A DNA stretch of 64,000 nucleotides from Chthoniobacterales bacterium (lineage in GTDB: Bacteria > Verrucomicrobiota > Verrucomicrobiia > Chthoniobacterales > JACTMZ01): positions 6,820 to 70,819 of the forward strand of contig JBGSSV010000131.1 in NCBI GenBank assembly GCA_041736875.1. The letters run 5' to 3'. A program made the position numbers and the translations under genes. Every line of letters starts with the position of its first letter. Position 1 is the stretch's first letter. Shown here in pieces: positions 28,462 to 38,784 of the stretch. Below the pieces are notes generated by a model. It was not told the origin of the DNA and did no database searches. It worked only from the letters and a program-made list of their open reading frames with translations.

Positions 28462-30176
28462 AAGGCGGCGTCGGTCACCGCGCCCTGCGACGCGGTGCTC
28501 ACTTGGGCGGCGTATTTGGCCAGCACTCCGCGTCGGTAGCGCGGGGCCGGCTTTTTCCAAGCGGCACGACGCTTCTTCAACTCGGCTGCCGGCACGTCGA
28601 GCGTCAGAGCCTGCTTGACCGCGTCGATTTCAATCGGGTCGCCGTTGCGCACCAAGGCCAGCGGGCCGCCTTCGAACGCCTCGGGGGTGATGTGCCCGAC
28701 GACAAAACCATGGGTCCCGCCGGAGAAGCGGCCGTCCGTGATGAGGGCCACGTCTTGGCCGAGTCCCTTGCCCATGACGGCGGAGGTGGGCGCGAGCATC
28801 TCCCGCATGCCGGGACCGCCCTTCGGTCCTTCGTAGCGGATGACCACAACGTCACCCTTTTTCACTTTGCCATTGAGGATCGCGGCCAGGGCGGTTTCTT
28901 CGGACTCGAACACGCGGGCCAGTCCGCGGAATTTTTCGCCTTCCTTACCCGAGATTTTCGCCACCGCGCCGCCGGGGGCGAGGTTGCCGTAGAGAATGAC
29001 GAGGTGGCTGGACTTTTTCACCGGGTCTTTCAGCGGGCGGATGATCTGCTGGCCTTTCGGGTAGGGCTTGAACGCGGCCAGGTTTTGCTTGAGCGTTTTT
29101 CCCGTCACCGTCAGGCAATCCCCGTGGAGCAGGCCGACCCGGAGGAGTTCTTTCATCATGGGGACAATGCCACCGATGGCCACGAGGTCGGACATGAGAA
29201 ACTTGCCGCTGGGTTTGAGGTCGGCCAGCACGGGCACGCGGCGGCCGATCTTGGTGAAGTCATCGATCGAGAGCTTCACGTTGCAGGCATGCGCCATGGC
29301 CAGCAGATGAAGGACGGCATTGGTCGAGCCGCCGAGCGCGATGATCACGGTGATGGCGTTCTCGAATGCCTCGCGGGTCATGATGTCCAACGGAAGAATG
29401 CCGCGCTTGAGCAGCCCGAGCACGGCCGCGCCGGCCGCCCGGGCGTCCTCCTTCTTGTGGGCCGAAACCGCCGCTTGGGCCGAACTGTTCGGCAAACTCA
29501 TGCCCATCGCCTCGATGGCCGAGGCCATGGTGTTGGCCGTATACATGCCGCCGCATGAGCCGGCACCAGGAATGGCGCAGGCTTCGATTTTCTGCAGCTC
29601 GCGGTCGTTGATCTTGTTTGCCGCGCGCTGGCCCACGGCCTCGAAGACCGAGACGATGTCGAGGTTTCGGCCGCTCAGGCAACCCGGAAGGATCGTTCCG
29701 CCGTAGACGAAAACGGCCGGCCGGTGGAGCCGGGCGATCGCCAGCATGCATCCGGGCATGTTTTTGTCGCAGCCCCCGAGGGCGACGAACCCGTCGAATC
29801 CTTCGCAGCCCACCACGGTTTCGATCGAATCGGCAATGACTTCCCGCGAGACGAGGGAATACTTCATGCCCTCGGTGCCCATGGAGATGCCATCGGAAAT
29901 CGTGATGGTGTTGAAGATCGTCGCCTTGCCGCCGGCTTGGTTGACCCCGCCGGCTGCATCCCGGGCCAGCGCGTCGAGGTGCATGTTGCAGGGCGTGACC
30001 ATGCTCCAGGTCGAGGCGATACCGATCTGCGCCTTGGCAAAATCTTTTTCCTGATAGCCGACCGCATACAGCATGGCCCGGCTGGGCGCGCGCTCGGGGC
30101 CGTCGAGCACACTGGAGGAATAGCGTCGGATGATTGGCGTCCTGGGGCGGGTGGATTTTTTGCTCACGCTCCTCAC
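28458..30176 (-). CDS. ilvD: dihydroxy-acid dehydratase
   Basis: [38 protein letters not shown] and TDGRFSG. Confidence 0.97.
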   Translation of the reverse strand: MRSVSKKSTRPRTPIIRRYSSSVLDGPERAPSRAMLYAVGYQEKDFAKAQIGIASTWSMVTPCNMHLDALARDAAGGVNQAGGKATIFNTITISDGISMGTEGMKYSLVSREVIADSIETVVGCEGFDGFVALGGCDKNMPGCMLAIARLHRPAVFVYGGTILPGCLSGRNLDIVSVFEAVGQRAANKINDRELQKIEACAIPGAGSCGGMYTANTMASAIEAMGMSLPNSSAQAAVSAHKKEDARAAGAAVLGLLKRGILPLDIMTREAFENAITVIIALGGSTNAVLHLLAMAHACNVKLSIDDFTKIGRRVPVLADLKPSGKFLMSDLVAIGGIVPMMKELLRVGLLHGDCLTVTGKTLKQNLAAFKPYPKGQQIIRPLKDPVKKSSHLVILYGNLAPGGAVAKISGKEGEKFRGLARVFESEETALAAILNGKVKKGDVVVIRYEGPKGGPGMREMLAPTSAVMGKGLGQDVALITDGRFSGGTHGFVVGHITPEAFEGGPLALVRNGDPIEIDAVKQALTLDVPAAELKKRRAAWKKPAPRYRRGVLAKYAAQVSTASQGAVTDAAL

Positions 30177-30230
30177 CGTAGCGGCCCGTTGGCCTTGCGT
30201 TAAGCCGAAAGCACTTGCTTGGCCACAACA

Positions 30231-32189
30231 CTAACGGGCGTTCGGCGACGACTGGATGCGGGCGATTTCTTCCTGCAGTTCAACCCGCTGCTCCGCCGTC
30301 AGCCCCGGACCAGCCGCTGCTTGCTCCAGCGCGCGCAAGGCCGGCCTCGTCAGTCCCTGCTTGGCGTAGGATTGCCCGAGGTAAAGTTGATAGAACGACG
30401 CATCCCCGCCCCGCCCGTGCGTCAGAGCAACGAGGCGCTCGAGAATCTCGGCTTCACTTTGGAAGGCGCGGGCTGCGTTGGCCGTGCGGGCGGCCAGCCA
30501 AAGCGTTCCCGCGTCGCCCGGGGACAACTCAGCCGCCCGCTGCCCCGCCGCGTAGGCTTCATCGACCAAGCCGGCATGGAGCAAGGTCTCGGCCCGCACT
30601 TCCCAAGCATAGGGCAGCCCCGGGTCCAGACGAACCGCGGTTTCGCTGGCCTTGGTCGCCTCCCGAACATCGCCTACGGAGACCAGAACCCGCGCGCGCG
30701 TGGCTGCGACGGGGGCGGAGCGGTCGGAGTTCCGCACCGCGGATTGCGCCAGTTCGTCCGCCTCGGGCAGGGCGCTGGCCGCCAACGTGCTCAGGGCGCA
30801 GCCGGCGAGAAAACTTGAGCGGTTGGCCGCACCCCACATGCCGCGGGCCATCTGCTGGGCCGGTTCGGTGGCAAATTCTGTTTCCTGTTTTCCCCGGACA
30901 AAAAGGGCTCCCGTCGCATCGACCGCTGCCAGTCGCCAATCGGCCGACTCACCCAGATGCCGAGCCAGCGGGGCGTAGTCGGATTTGTCCCCCAGCAGCC
31001 AGACGCCCCGGTAGCGGACCTCGCGGTCCCGCGCCCGCCAGAGCGCCGGCTCGCGGGCCAGGCGGGGCGAACCTCCGTGATCCACTTGCGCCGGCAACAC
31101 CCCTGCGAAGCGCGCAAGGGCCAGGCCGCCGGGATTGATGTAGACCGGCCCATCCAACTCCAACGCCTGACGCGTCAGTGTCGGCTGCGTCACGGCCTCG
31201 GTCATGGCTAGGGAATACCAACGAGGCAGCGCGACCGAGCCGGCCCAGAGGACTAGAGCAATGGTTGAAAGCAGCAGGGCGGTTTGCATCCACCACCGCA
31301 TGTTGAATCCGCTGAGCCGCAGTTGCTCCTTGGCCGCGTCCCAGCATGGGATCATCCACAATGCCGCTGCCCAGAGGTAGGCTGCCTGGCCGCGGGTGGC
31401 GCAGAGGAACAAAAACGCCGGGGCCAAGGCCAGCCCTGTCGAACCGGTCTTCCACGTGGCCCGCAGCGCAATACACAGCACGATCAAGCTCGCCAGAAGC
31501 CCGAGGAGCGAAGCTGGCTCGAGCAAGGGCTGGGGGGACCAGCCAAGAAAAACCCAAGCCTCGGGCCAGACCGCGAGCCCACGCGGAGTCAGGTTGCACA
31601 CCACCGCGCAGAGCGCCACCGTGGCCAACAAGTCCCGGCGTAGCATCCGGGTCGACTCCACAGTCAGAACGGCCACCACCAACGGCAGGACCCCGGGCGA
31701 AAGCCACACCGCCACCCAAGTTGCCATGACAAGGCGGAGAATTTGCCGGCGCGCATCCGCCGCAGCCGGCCACCGACTGGACAACGACAGGACCAGCACG
31801 CCGAGACCGAAACCGGTCAGGCCGGACGACGGATGGGAGAGCAGCACCGCAATCAGGGCCGGGACCAGCGCAGCCAGCCCCCGCCAGGATCGCGGGGGTA
31901 GCGGAACCAACCAGCAAAGCAGAGTCAACCACGCCACGACCACGTGGGCATTCTGCGCCCCGCGCAAACCAGCCAGCCAGAACGGCACCTGAGCCCCGGC
32001 GGCCGCGAGGGTGAGGGGACTCCACGCATCGGGGCCCGTCAGCTTCCAACCACCGACCAGTGTCGCCGTTTCCAAACCGATTTGATCCGGCCCGCGCAGC
32101 GCGACCAGACCGGCCAAAACCGCCGTGGCCGCGACGAGCACCGCCACCACCCGCCGCCATCCTCCTCGATCTTCTGCCGTCCTCAACAT
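30231..32189 (-). CDS. polytopic membrane protein with C-terminal TPR domain (possibly GT-C-like)
   Basis: About 10 hydrophobic segments, a soluble domain with WRLAAVD…LFVR, then TPR-like helices. Confidence 0.75.
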   Translation of the reverse strand: MLRTAEDRGGWRRVVAVLVAATAVLAGLVALRGPDQIGLETATLVGGWKLTGPDAWSPLTLAAAGAQVPFWLAGLRGAQNAHVVVAWLTLLCWLVPLPPRSWRGLAALVPALIAVLLSHPSSGLTGFGLGVLVLSLSSRWPAAADARRQILRLVMATWVAVWLSPGVLPLVVAVLTVESTRMLRRDLLATVALCAVVCNLTPRGLAVWPEAWVFLGWSPQPLLEPASLLGLLASLIVLCIALRATWKTGSTGLALAPAFLFLCATRGQAAYLWAAALWMIPCWDAAKEQLRLSGFNMRWWMQTALLLSTIALVLWAGSVALPRWYSLAMTEAVTQPTLTRQALELDGPVYINPGGLALARFAGVLPAQVDHGGSPRLAREPALWRARDREVRYRGVWLLGDKSDYAPLARHLGESADWRLAAVDATGALFVRGKQETEFATEPAQQMARGMWGAANRSSFLAGCALSTLAASALPEADELAQSAVRNSDRSAPVAATRARVLVSVGDVREATKASETAVRLDPGLPYAWEVRAETLLHAGLVDEAYAAGQRAAELSPGDAGTLWLAARTANAARAFQSEAEILERLVALTHGRGGDASFYQLYLGQSYAKQGLTRPALRALEQAAAGPGLTAEQRVELQEEIARIQSSPNAR

Positions 32190-32268
32190 GTCCCCGCATG
32201 ATTCTGGCGGCGGAGGCGGATGGCAAGTGCCGCTTGTGCGGAGCGTCGGACGTGCTTAAGTCTGGTCC

Positions 32269-32787
32269 ATGAAGTTTTTTGCCGTCACTCTCCTCGCCAT
32301 GCTTTCCTTCCTCGGTCTGACCCGCTCCGCCGCCGCGCTCGCTGTGGGCGACGAGGCGCCCAAGGTCTCGGTATCCGACCAGAATGGTGCGGACTTCGCC
32401 CTCGCTGCCGCCTACGCCAAAGGCCCGACCCTGGTTTACTTCTATCCCAAGGCCGACACACCCGGCTGCACCGCGCAGGCCTGCTCGCTGCGCGATGCCT
32501 TCCCCGAATTCACCGGCGAAGGCGTGCAGGTCATCGGGGTGAGCGGGGACACGGTCGCGGCGCAGAAACAATTCGCCGACAAATACAAACTTCCCTTCAC
32601 CCTCCTGGCCGATCCGGATTCCGTCGTGGCCAAGGCCTTCGGCGTGCCGACCATGATGGGTTTCGCCAAGCGCCAGTCCTTCATCATCAAGGACGGAAAA
32701 ATCGCGTGGATCGTGGAAAGCGCGAAGACCGGCGATCATGCCGCCGAGGTTCAGGCCGCCTTGCGTGAGTTGGGACTGGTGAAATAA
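32269..32787 (+). CDS. bcp: peroxiredoxin Bcp/PrxQ family, with signal peptide
   Basis: YFYPKADTPGCTAQAC motif. Confidence 0.92.
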   Translation: MKFFAVTLLAMLSFLGLTRSAAALAVGDEAPKVSVSDQNGADFALAAAYAKGPTLVYFYPKADTPGCTAQACSLRDAFPEFTGEGVQVIGVSGDTVAAQKQFADKYKLPFTLLADPDSVVAKAFGVPTMMGFAKRQSFIIKDGKIAWIVESAKTGDHAAEVQAALRELGLVK

Positions 32788-32789
32788 TC

Positions 32790-32817
32790 TTGAGCAGGCA
32801 ACCGCCGCGTTTAGATT
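32790..32817 (+). promoter_or_regulatory. putative tRNA promoter
   Basis: TTGAGC-N16-TAGATT directly upstream of the tRNA. Confidence 0.5.
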
Positions 32818-32833
32818 GAGCGTTCATTTCCCG

Positions 32834-32905
32834 GGGTTGGTAGCTCAATGGTAGAGCAGCGCCCTTTTAAGGCGTTGGTTGCGGGTTCGAGTCCCGCCCG
32901 ACCCA
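32834..32905 (+). tRNA. tRNA-Lys(UUU), CCA not encoded
   Basis: Acceptor GGGTTGG/CCGACCC; D arm GCTC…GAGC; anticodon arm GCGCC-CTTTTAA-GGCGT; T arm GCGGG-TTCGAGT-CCCGC. Confidence 0.97.
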
Positions 32906-33099
32906 CTCTCAGTCCACCGCGCAATGGAGGGACGCGGCCACCTATACAAAGTCAGGGGCGGGTTGGAAAAGTCCCCCGCAGGTTAGCACCATCTTCCATC
33001 GAAACTCGGCGACTGACTCGTTGGGCTGCGGAGTCTTGGCCTGCGCAAGCAAGGCTGAAAGCTCGGGTTGGAGCTGTCCGGCCACGGTTTCGTCCGGCG

Positions 33100-35067
33100 T
33101 CACGGCGGCGGTTGTCTGGAGACTCTCGTGCGGATGGTGCCGACAAGCCCGCGCAGGAAAGGCGGGGGGGCGTTGCAGGAGTTGGCGTCGAGCCGAATGT
33201 TCCTACTTTCGACGAGCAGGATGGGGAAACGCACGTCGGAGAGGATATCTTTGTCCGCGGGACCAAGAGAAAGCCGGGGGTCGGGGAGGGCGGAAAAATC
33301 ATAGTAGGCCGCGTGCTCGCCGCCGGCGAATGGGGCGGTGATGGAGTTCCCAGAAATGATGACGTCCTCAGTGTTTGTCACCAGAATGGCGAACCCGAAC
33401 GGGTGGTTGATCACATTGCGGAGAATCTTGATATCCCGATTGTGTGTCCCTCCGGTGAGCGTGCGGGGGAAGAGGCGCTTGCCGAAATGAGTGCCGACCT
33501 GGATCGCGGCATTGGAGGCCGACATTCCTTCGGGGTCGAAGGACGCCATGCCGGTTTCGGACAGCTGGTTGTCCACGATACGGATGCCGTGCGCGAACGA
33601 CCCCTCGAGCCAATATCCCTCGGGCTGGATCACGATGCCACCGTGTCCCGTCCGGGCGATCCGGTTGCCTTCGACAAGGGCGTTCTCGGTCTTGAGGAGC
33701 AGTCCGCGAATGTGGCCATCGTGGAAGTGTGAGTTGCGGATCACTGTCCCGGCTCCCGTATGGCTCGCACTGGAAACAAGATCGAGTTCCTCCGCGATGT
33801 CGGGGCGGTCGAGACGCACGCGGAAGACGGCGGGCGCGGGGAAACTGCGAGTCTGGATGCCAAGGCGCTCCATCAGTAACTCCGGCACAGCTTGCGCTCT
33901 GGCCACTGCGTCGGCTTCTGTGACTTCGTTCATTTCGAGGAGGGTGGCCTCCCGGGGCTCGCCATGTCCGTCGGCGGGCAGGAATTTCAACTTGGAGCCC
34001 TTGTCAAAGCTTCGTCTGAAGGGTGTCGCGATTAGAATCTCGTTCTGCGGGAGGACCTTGAGGACGACGGAGAAAAAGCTGTGGATGTTGAGCAGGTCGT
34101 CGCCGGTGTGGGAGAACTCACACCTCTCAATCAGCGGCCCCTTGCGCATGAGATACGAGTGGAATCCGTCCGCGCGGGCGGCCATGAGGCGGTCGGTGGC
34201 CGGGCGTCGGACGATGCGGCAGCCGAGGTATTTGTTGCCCCCGTTGCCACGGGTTTCCTGAAAGGCAAATCCCGAGGCGGCATGGATCGTAATGTTTTCG
34301 AGTGTGATGTCCTCGCAGGCCTCCAAGTGGACATTGCTGCCGTTGCCGTAGGTGGTGAAAAGGACGGCCAGATCGCCGACGCGCACCGGGCGCCCGGCGA
34401 CAGGATCACGGAAAACCCTGCCGGAACTCAGGCGGGAGACTTTGATCCGACGATCGCCCAGAGCTTCCATCTCGAGAGCCCAGTCGTCGGATACCTGGAG
34501 TTCCCTGCGAGTTTCGGGGTCGAAAAAAAGAAGGCGCCGTTTTTCCTGCAGGCCGGCACCCTCGAAGACTTCGTAGCCCGGCGAGACCCGAAATATGAGG
34601 GTGCGGGCCACCGGATCGAGATGCTCGATCACTCCCTGAGTCCAAGGCAGCTGTGACGAATCAATGGTCAATCCCTCAAGCCGGACCTCAGAGCAATCCT
34701 CAAACACCACGCCCCCATTTTGGCCAAACCAGAATGTTGCTCCTTCTGCTTCGATCGTGAACCCGTGTCGGCCCCGGAGATGAAAGCCGGGTTCCGCCGT
34801 GCCATCAAAGCGGTAGTCCCCGGGCGGGATTCGGAAAACTGTGGCTCCATCTGCCAGAGCAAGGTCCAGCGAGGCCCGCATCTCCTGGGCCGCCACGCGC
34901 TGACTGCGCATTTCTTCGTCGGTGAAGTCCGGCCCGCTCGACGCCTTCGCGACCGTCCTGTCTTGGCCAAAGTTTCGGGTGCTTCCTGGGTCCTCTCCGC
35001 CGAGGGCAGGCAGAACGAAGGCCAGCACGAGGAGCAGGGTGCGGCTGGACTGCAGGTGTCGAGGCAT
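33100..35067 (-). CDS. secreted right-handed beta-helix protein, GH110 alpha-galactosidase-like
   Basis: Signal peptide; IPPGDYR, GLTID…PWTQG and RADGFH…GP.IE.C.F…GDD..NIH. Confidence 0.85.
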   Translation of the reverse strand: MPRHLQSSRTLLLVLAFVLPALGGEDPGSTRNFGQDRTVAKASSGPDFTDEEMRSQRVAAQEMRASLDLALADGATVFRIPPGDYRFDGTAEPGFHLRGRHGFTIEAEGATFWFGQNGGVVFEDCSEVRLEGLTIDSSQLPWTQGVIEHLDPVARTLIFRVSPGYEVFEGAGLQEKRRLLFFDPETRRELQVSDDWALEMEALGDRRIKVSRLSSGRVFRDPVAGRPVRVGDLAVLFTTYGNGSNVHLEACEDITLENITIHAASGFAFQETRGNGGNKYLGCRIVRRPATDRLMAARADGFHSYLMRKGPLIERCEFSHTGDDLLNIHSFFSVVLKVLPQNEILIATPFRRSFDKGSKLKFLPADGHGEPREATLLEMNEVTEADAVARAQAVPELLMERLGIQTRSFPAPAVFRVRLDRPDIAEELDLVSSASHTGAGTVIRNSHFHDGHIRGLLLKTENALVEGNRIARTGHGGIVIQPEGYWLEGSFAHGIRIVDNQLSETGMASFDPEGMSASNAAIQVGTHFGKRLFPRTLTGGTHNRDIKILRNVINHPFGFAILVTNTEDVIISGNSITAPFAGGEHAAYYDFSALPDPRLSLGPADKDILSDVRFPILLVESRNIRLDANSCNAPPPFLRGLVGTIRTRVSRQPPP

Positions 35068-35123
35068 CGGTCCGGGGCAGTGTGGAGACGGCACGGCTCG
35101 GTGGAGAGGTGCTCGGTCCAAGG

Positions 35124-37196
35124 TCAGATCACTCGCAAGTGCACGTCCAAAGTTGAAGGGCTCAAGGGGTAGTCGAGCAGCCAGAGACCGGATCCGAGCG
35201 GAACCGCGGCGGGCGAGGCCGCCGAGAAGGGCTTGCCGCGTTCGGTCCAGACCAAAATGGGCCCCTGCTCCTGCGCGGTGAACTGACACCCGCGGGGTGT
35301 GGTCTCGAGCGCGGTGATGGCCGCCGGCCCCAGGAATTTGTCAGCGCGACCCAACACGGCCCAACCATGATGCAGCGTGGCAAGCCAGAACATCTCGTCA
35401 CCGAAATGAGGAATTTCGAAAGCCCATGTCTCCTCCGCCTCCAGTCGCCGCACCTCGCGAGTGTGCCAACGGAATGCGACGATCGGTCCGGATGATTCAA
35501 GCGGGTCAGGCAGCAATCGGAGGGCGTCTGCGAAGTCCGCGTGGCTGATTTCGCCCCGCACGGAGATTTCCGGCGAGGTCAGGTTGTAGGCTACGACGAC
35601 AGCGCTGTCTCGGTTCACGGGTGCGAGGACGCGGAAAGCTCGGTCGCTCTGGTAGGAGTCGATGAAGATGCTCTCGGGGGTGGGGACGGCGGGTTCGGCG
35701 GTGCGGAGGATGCGGCCGTCCGCGAGACAGAGGTGGCTGACGAGTTCGCGGTTGATATCGCCGGGGGCGTCGGAGAGGTAGATCGGCCCCCCCGAGACCG
35801 CTTTGCTGCGGGCCATGATCTCGGCGGCTGCCGGGTCGCTCGAGTGGAACATATCATGGTCGCCCCAGATCGTGCCGCGCATCCACAGCATGTTGGCGAA
35901 GGAGTTGTTGAGATGGTGCTTTGCCCTCCAGAGGTCACCCTTTTTGTAGTCCTCGCTGCAACGGGTCACGGCGCTGCGCCGCGTGTGGAAGTGGCAGAGA
36001 TTGTTGTGGGCCATGCAGTTGATCATGGCGTCCAGGCGGCCGGCGGCGGACTCCTCGAGCGCGGCGTGGTTGCTTGAACTGGCCAGCACCGCGTTGGGCA
36101 CCCGGCCGCGGTAGAACGTGAGGTTTTTCGCCTGGTTGTCCACCTTGAGGAAATCGAATCCCGCCGCCTCTTGAGCGGCAACGAGCGCATCGTAGAACCG
36201 ACGGGCATACTCCGATCCGGGTTTGGGTTGCAGCGTGCCCGGGGCGACCTCGAGCAGTGCTTCGTTGAGCGTTCCGAGTTCGTTGGGTGTGGCAATGCCG
36301 CCCCAATAGCCGTTGAAGTTGAGCCACACACCGAGCCAGCGGAAGCCGCACTCGCGGGCTCCGCGCATGACGGGGTCCCAGCCGTTGGGGAAGTGGGGAT
36401 GGTAAACCCCGAGGCTGTTGAGTCGGCGCTGGTCCTCACCGGTTGGGATCTCGCCTTCCGCGGTTGAGGGTGGTGACGCGCCCGGGGGAAAGCCGCCCCT
36501 CTCGTCGAGATGACCGTCGTCCGCCAGCACCCACCGCACCGGCACGCCCGTGGCAGCGAGGTCGCGGAAGGCCCTCACGAGAACGTCTTCGCTGATGTGC
36601 CAGTGGAATTCCTCCCAGGAGCACCAGCCGAGGTATTCGAAAATTTCGGGGAAGGTCTTGTCTCGGCGCAGGCCGAGGTTTCCGGCCACTTCGGGCTGTT
36701 TCGCTGCCTCTTCCCAGGCCCGGTCCACCGCTTCGTAAGGGTGGTGGGCCACAGCCCACACCAGCAAGGGGGCTGCGGGGGAGTGCAATCCGTCTGTTCC
36801 CCAGTGGTCCACCTCGAGGAGAAGTCCTTCGTCGTCTCCCCGCATCCATGCCATGTATTCGCCGGTAACAAGCGGCAGGAGTGCCAGAAACCGCCCGTCA
36901 TCCAGACGGGCCATGGTGAACATTCCGCCCCACTTCAATCCGGCCAATCGGCCCACCACAAGTGGTTGAGATTGGTTGTAGGCTTCCGGCCAGAGGTCGA
37001 GGTTGGGATCGATCGCGTGTTTCTGGATCGGCGCGAAGTAGCACGCCTCCGCGATGGGGGGAAGTTCCAGCCGGAAGATCGCAAGGGGGCCATCGCCCCG
37101 CGCCGCATCGAGGTCGGCGCGAAGATGCCCCGCGTCGCGTGCCTGGCTGCACTGGATTCGGAGTGAAGAATAGTTGGGGCGTTTTGGCATATTCAT
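35124..37196 (-). CDS. Sip1/raffinose-synthase-type GH36 alpha-galactosidase
   Basis: LGWCSWEEF, DDG, GYWGG, GFDFLKVDNQ, INCMA, RCSEDY, DHDMFHS and SGGPIYLSD. Confidence 0.9.
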   Translation of the reverse strand: MNMPKRPNYSSLRIQCSQARDAGHLRADLDAARGDGPLAIFRLELPPIAEACYFAPIQKHAIDPNLDLWPEAYNQSQPLVVGRLAGLKWGGMFTMARLDDGRFLALLPLVTGEYMAWMRGDDEGLLLEVDHWGTDGLHSPAAPLLVWAVAHHPYEAVDRAWEEAAKQPEVAGNLGLRRDKTFPEIFEYLGWCSWEEFHWHISEDVLVRAFRDLAATGVPVRWVLADDGHLDERGGFPPGASPPSTAEGEIPTGEDQRRLNSLGVYHPHFPNGWDPVMRGARECGFRWLGVWLNFNGYWGGIATPNELGTLNEALLEVAPGTLQPKPGSEYARRFYDALVAAQEAAGFDFLKVDNQAKNLTFYRGRVPNAVLASSSNHAALEESAAGRLDAMINCMAHNNLCHFHTRRSAVTRCSEDYKKGDLWRAKHHLNNSFANMLWMRGTIWGDHDMFHSSDPAAAEIMARSKAVSGGPIYLSDAPGDINRELVSHLCLADGRILRTAEPAVPTPESIFIDSYQSDRAFRVLAPVNRDSAVVVAYNLTSPEISVRGEISHADFADALRLLPDPLESSGPIVAFRWHTREVRRLEAEETWAFEIPHFGDEMFWLATLHHGWAVLGRADKFLGPAAITALETTPRGCQFTAQEQGPILVWTERGKPFSAASPAAVPLGSGLWLLDYPLSPSTLDVHLRVI

Positions 37197-37218
37197 AATC
37201 TGGATGGTGGCCTACACC

Positions 37219-38766
37219 TCACGCCAGCGGTTCGGGCTCAAAGTCCGTGGGGCTGACCCAGCCGGAATCAGGCACCTCGCCCCGCATGAACCGCTCGTAA
37301 AAGTTCCGCGCGTTCCCAGCGTAGGGATAGTTGTCAAAGTCCTCGCCGCGGCCAAACAGGCGCGGGTCGCCCTGCTTCTTGAGTTCGTCCATCATCAGGG
37401 CCTGCAGGGCGGCACGGCGGGGCTGATGCTTTGGAACCGCGGCCAGGTTGTTCATGCAATCCGGATCGGCATCCAGATCGAACAATTCTTCGGCCGGGCG
37501 CTTGCCGAAGCACAGCAACCAATGCGGATCACCGGGCTTGGCCCGATTTGCATTCAGAATTTCGGTCTTGGTCGGGCTTCCATCGGTATTGAGGTAACCT
37601 GTCTCGGGATTGCACGCGGGCCAGCGGTCCGGCTCGAAATTCCGCGAGTAGAGCCAACCATCCTTGATGATGCTGCGGATCGGATAGCCTTGGTCATGCG
37701 GACGTCCCACGTCGTGCCGTTCCTGCCCGAGCAGCAGGTGGTCGCGCGCCGGATTAGGTTGATCGGAGCGAAAAATATCAGTGAGACTGCGGCCGGTGAT
37801 TGGCGACATCCCGGACTGATCCCATGGCACACCGGCAACCTCGAGGAACGTCGGTGCGAGATCAATAAAGCTCACGTAATCCCGGACCACTCGCCCGGGT
37901 TGGCGGATTCCGTTTTTCCACATGACCGCGAAGGGCAGGTGATTGGCCGCCTCGTAGAGATTCCCCTTCACGCGTGGGAATGGCATCCCGTTGTCCGAGG
38001 TGACAACAACGAGCGTATTGTCCAACTGGCCGCGCTGCTCCAACTCGGCCAGCATTCTGCCGAGATGACGGTCGAAGTGCTCCACCGCCAGCGCGTAGTC
38101 GAGCAGGTCGTTGCGAACGGTCGCCGTGTCTGGCCAGTAGGGAGGAACCCGGTCGATGTCCGCGATCGCTTTCCCGCCCTTCGCCGCGCCGCTCCCATAT
38201 TCGTAAGGCCTGTGAGGCTCGCGGCATCCGAACCAGAAACACCAGGGCTCATTCCCCGGCGCAGCATCGAGGAAATCCTGAAAGTTTGCCGAGTAGTCAT
38301 TGGGGCTGATTCCAGTGGTCGGCGGGGGGGCGGTGCGTTGGTCAAAGGCCCGCCCTGTCAAAGGCCGGTCTTTTCCCTCGGCATCCAGCGCTACACCCGG
38401 AGCCCACCCTTTGCCAGTCATGCCGACGAAATAGCCGTGCTGGCCAAGGGCCTCGGCGTAGGTCGAATACTCCAAAGGAAAAAAACCTCCGTGATTTGCC
38501 GCTTCCTTGAGTTGCCAGGGGTTTCGTCCCGTGAGTAGGCCTGCCCGCGAAGGCGCGCACTTGGCGTTCGGCGTGTAGGCATTCTCAAAACGCAGCCCAT
38601 CCTGTGCCACACGGTCAAACGCAGGGGTTTGAATCCAGCTCCGTCCGTAGGCCCCGGCATCGCCGCAGCCCCAGTCATCGGCCAGCACGAAGAGGATGTT
38701 GGGACGATTCGCCAAGGAAGAGGATGGAGGCGGCGAGGCGGTGGAGGAAGAAAGGATAGGATTCAC
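37219..38766 (-). CDS. sulfatase (Cys-type S1, N-sulfamidase-like)
   Basis: [34 protein letters not shown] and [10 protein letters not shown]. Confidence 0.92.
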   Translation of the reverse strand: MNPILSSSTASPPPSSSLANRPNILFVLADDWGCGDAGAYGRSWIQTPAFDRVAQDGLRFENAYTPNAKCAPSRAGLLTGRNPWQLKEAANHGGFFPLEYSTYAEALGQHGYFVGMTGKGWAPGVALDAEGKDRPLTGRAFDQRTAPPPTTGISPNDYSANFQDFLDAAPGNEPWCFWFGCREPHRPYEYGSGAAKGGKAIADIDRVPPYWPDTATVRNDLLDYALAVEHFDRHLGRMLAELEQRGQLDNTLVVVTSDNGMPFPRVKGNLYEAANHLPFAVMWKNGIRQPGRVVRDYVSFIDLAPTFLEVAGVPWDQSGMSPITGRSLTDIFRSDQPNPARDHLLLGQERHDVGRPHDQGYPIRSIIKDGWLYSRNFEPDRWPACNPETGYLNTDGSPTKTEILNANRAKPGDPHWLLCFGKRPAEELFDLDADPDCMNNLAAVPKHQPRRAALQALMMDELKKQGDPRLFGRGEDFDNYPYAGNARNFYERFMRGEVPDSGWVSPTDFEPEPLA

Positions 38767-38784
38767 AGAGCTCTATACGTCCTC

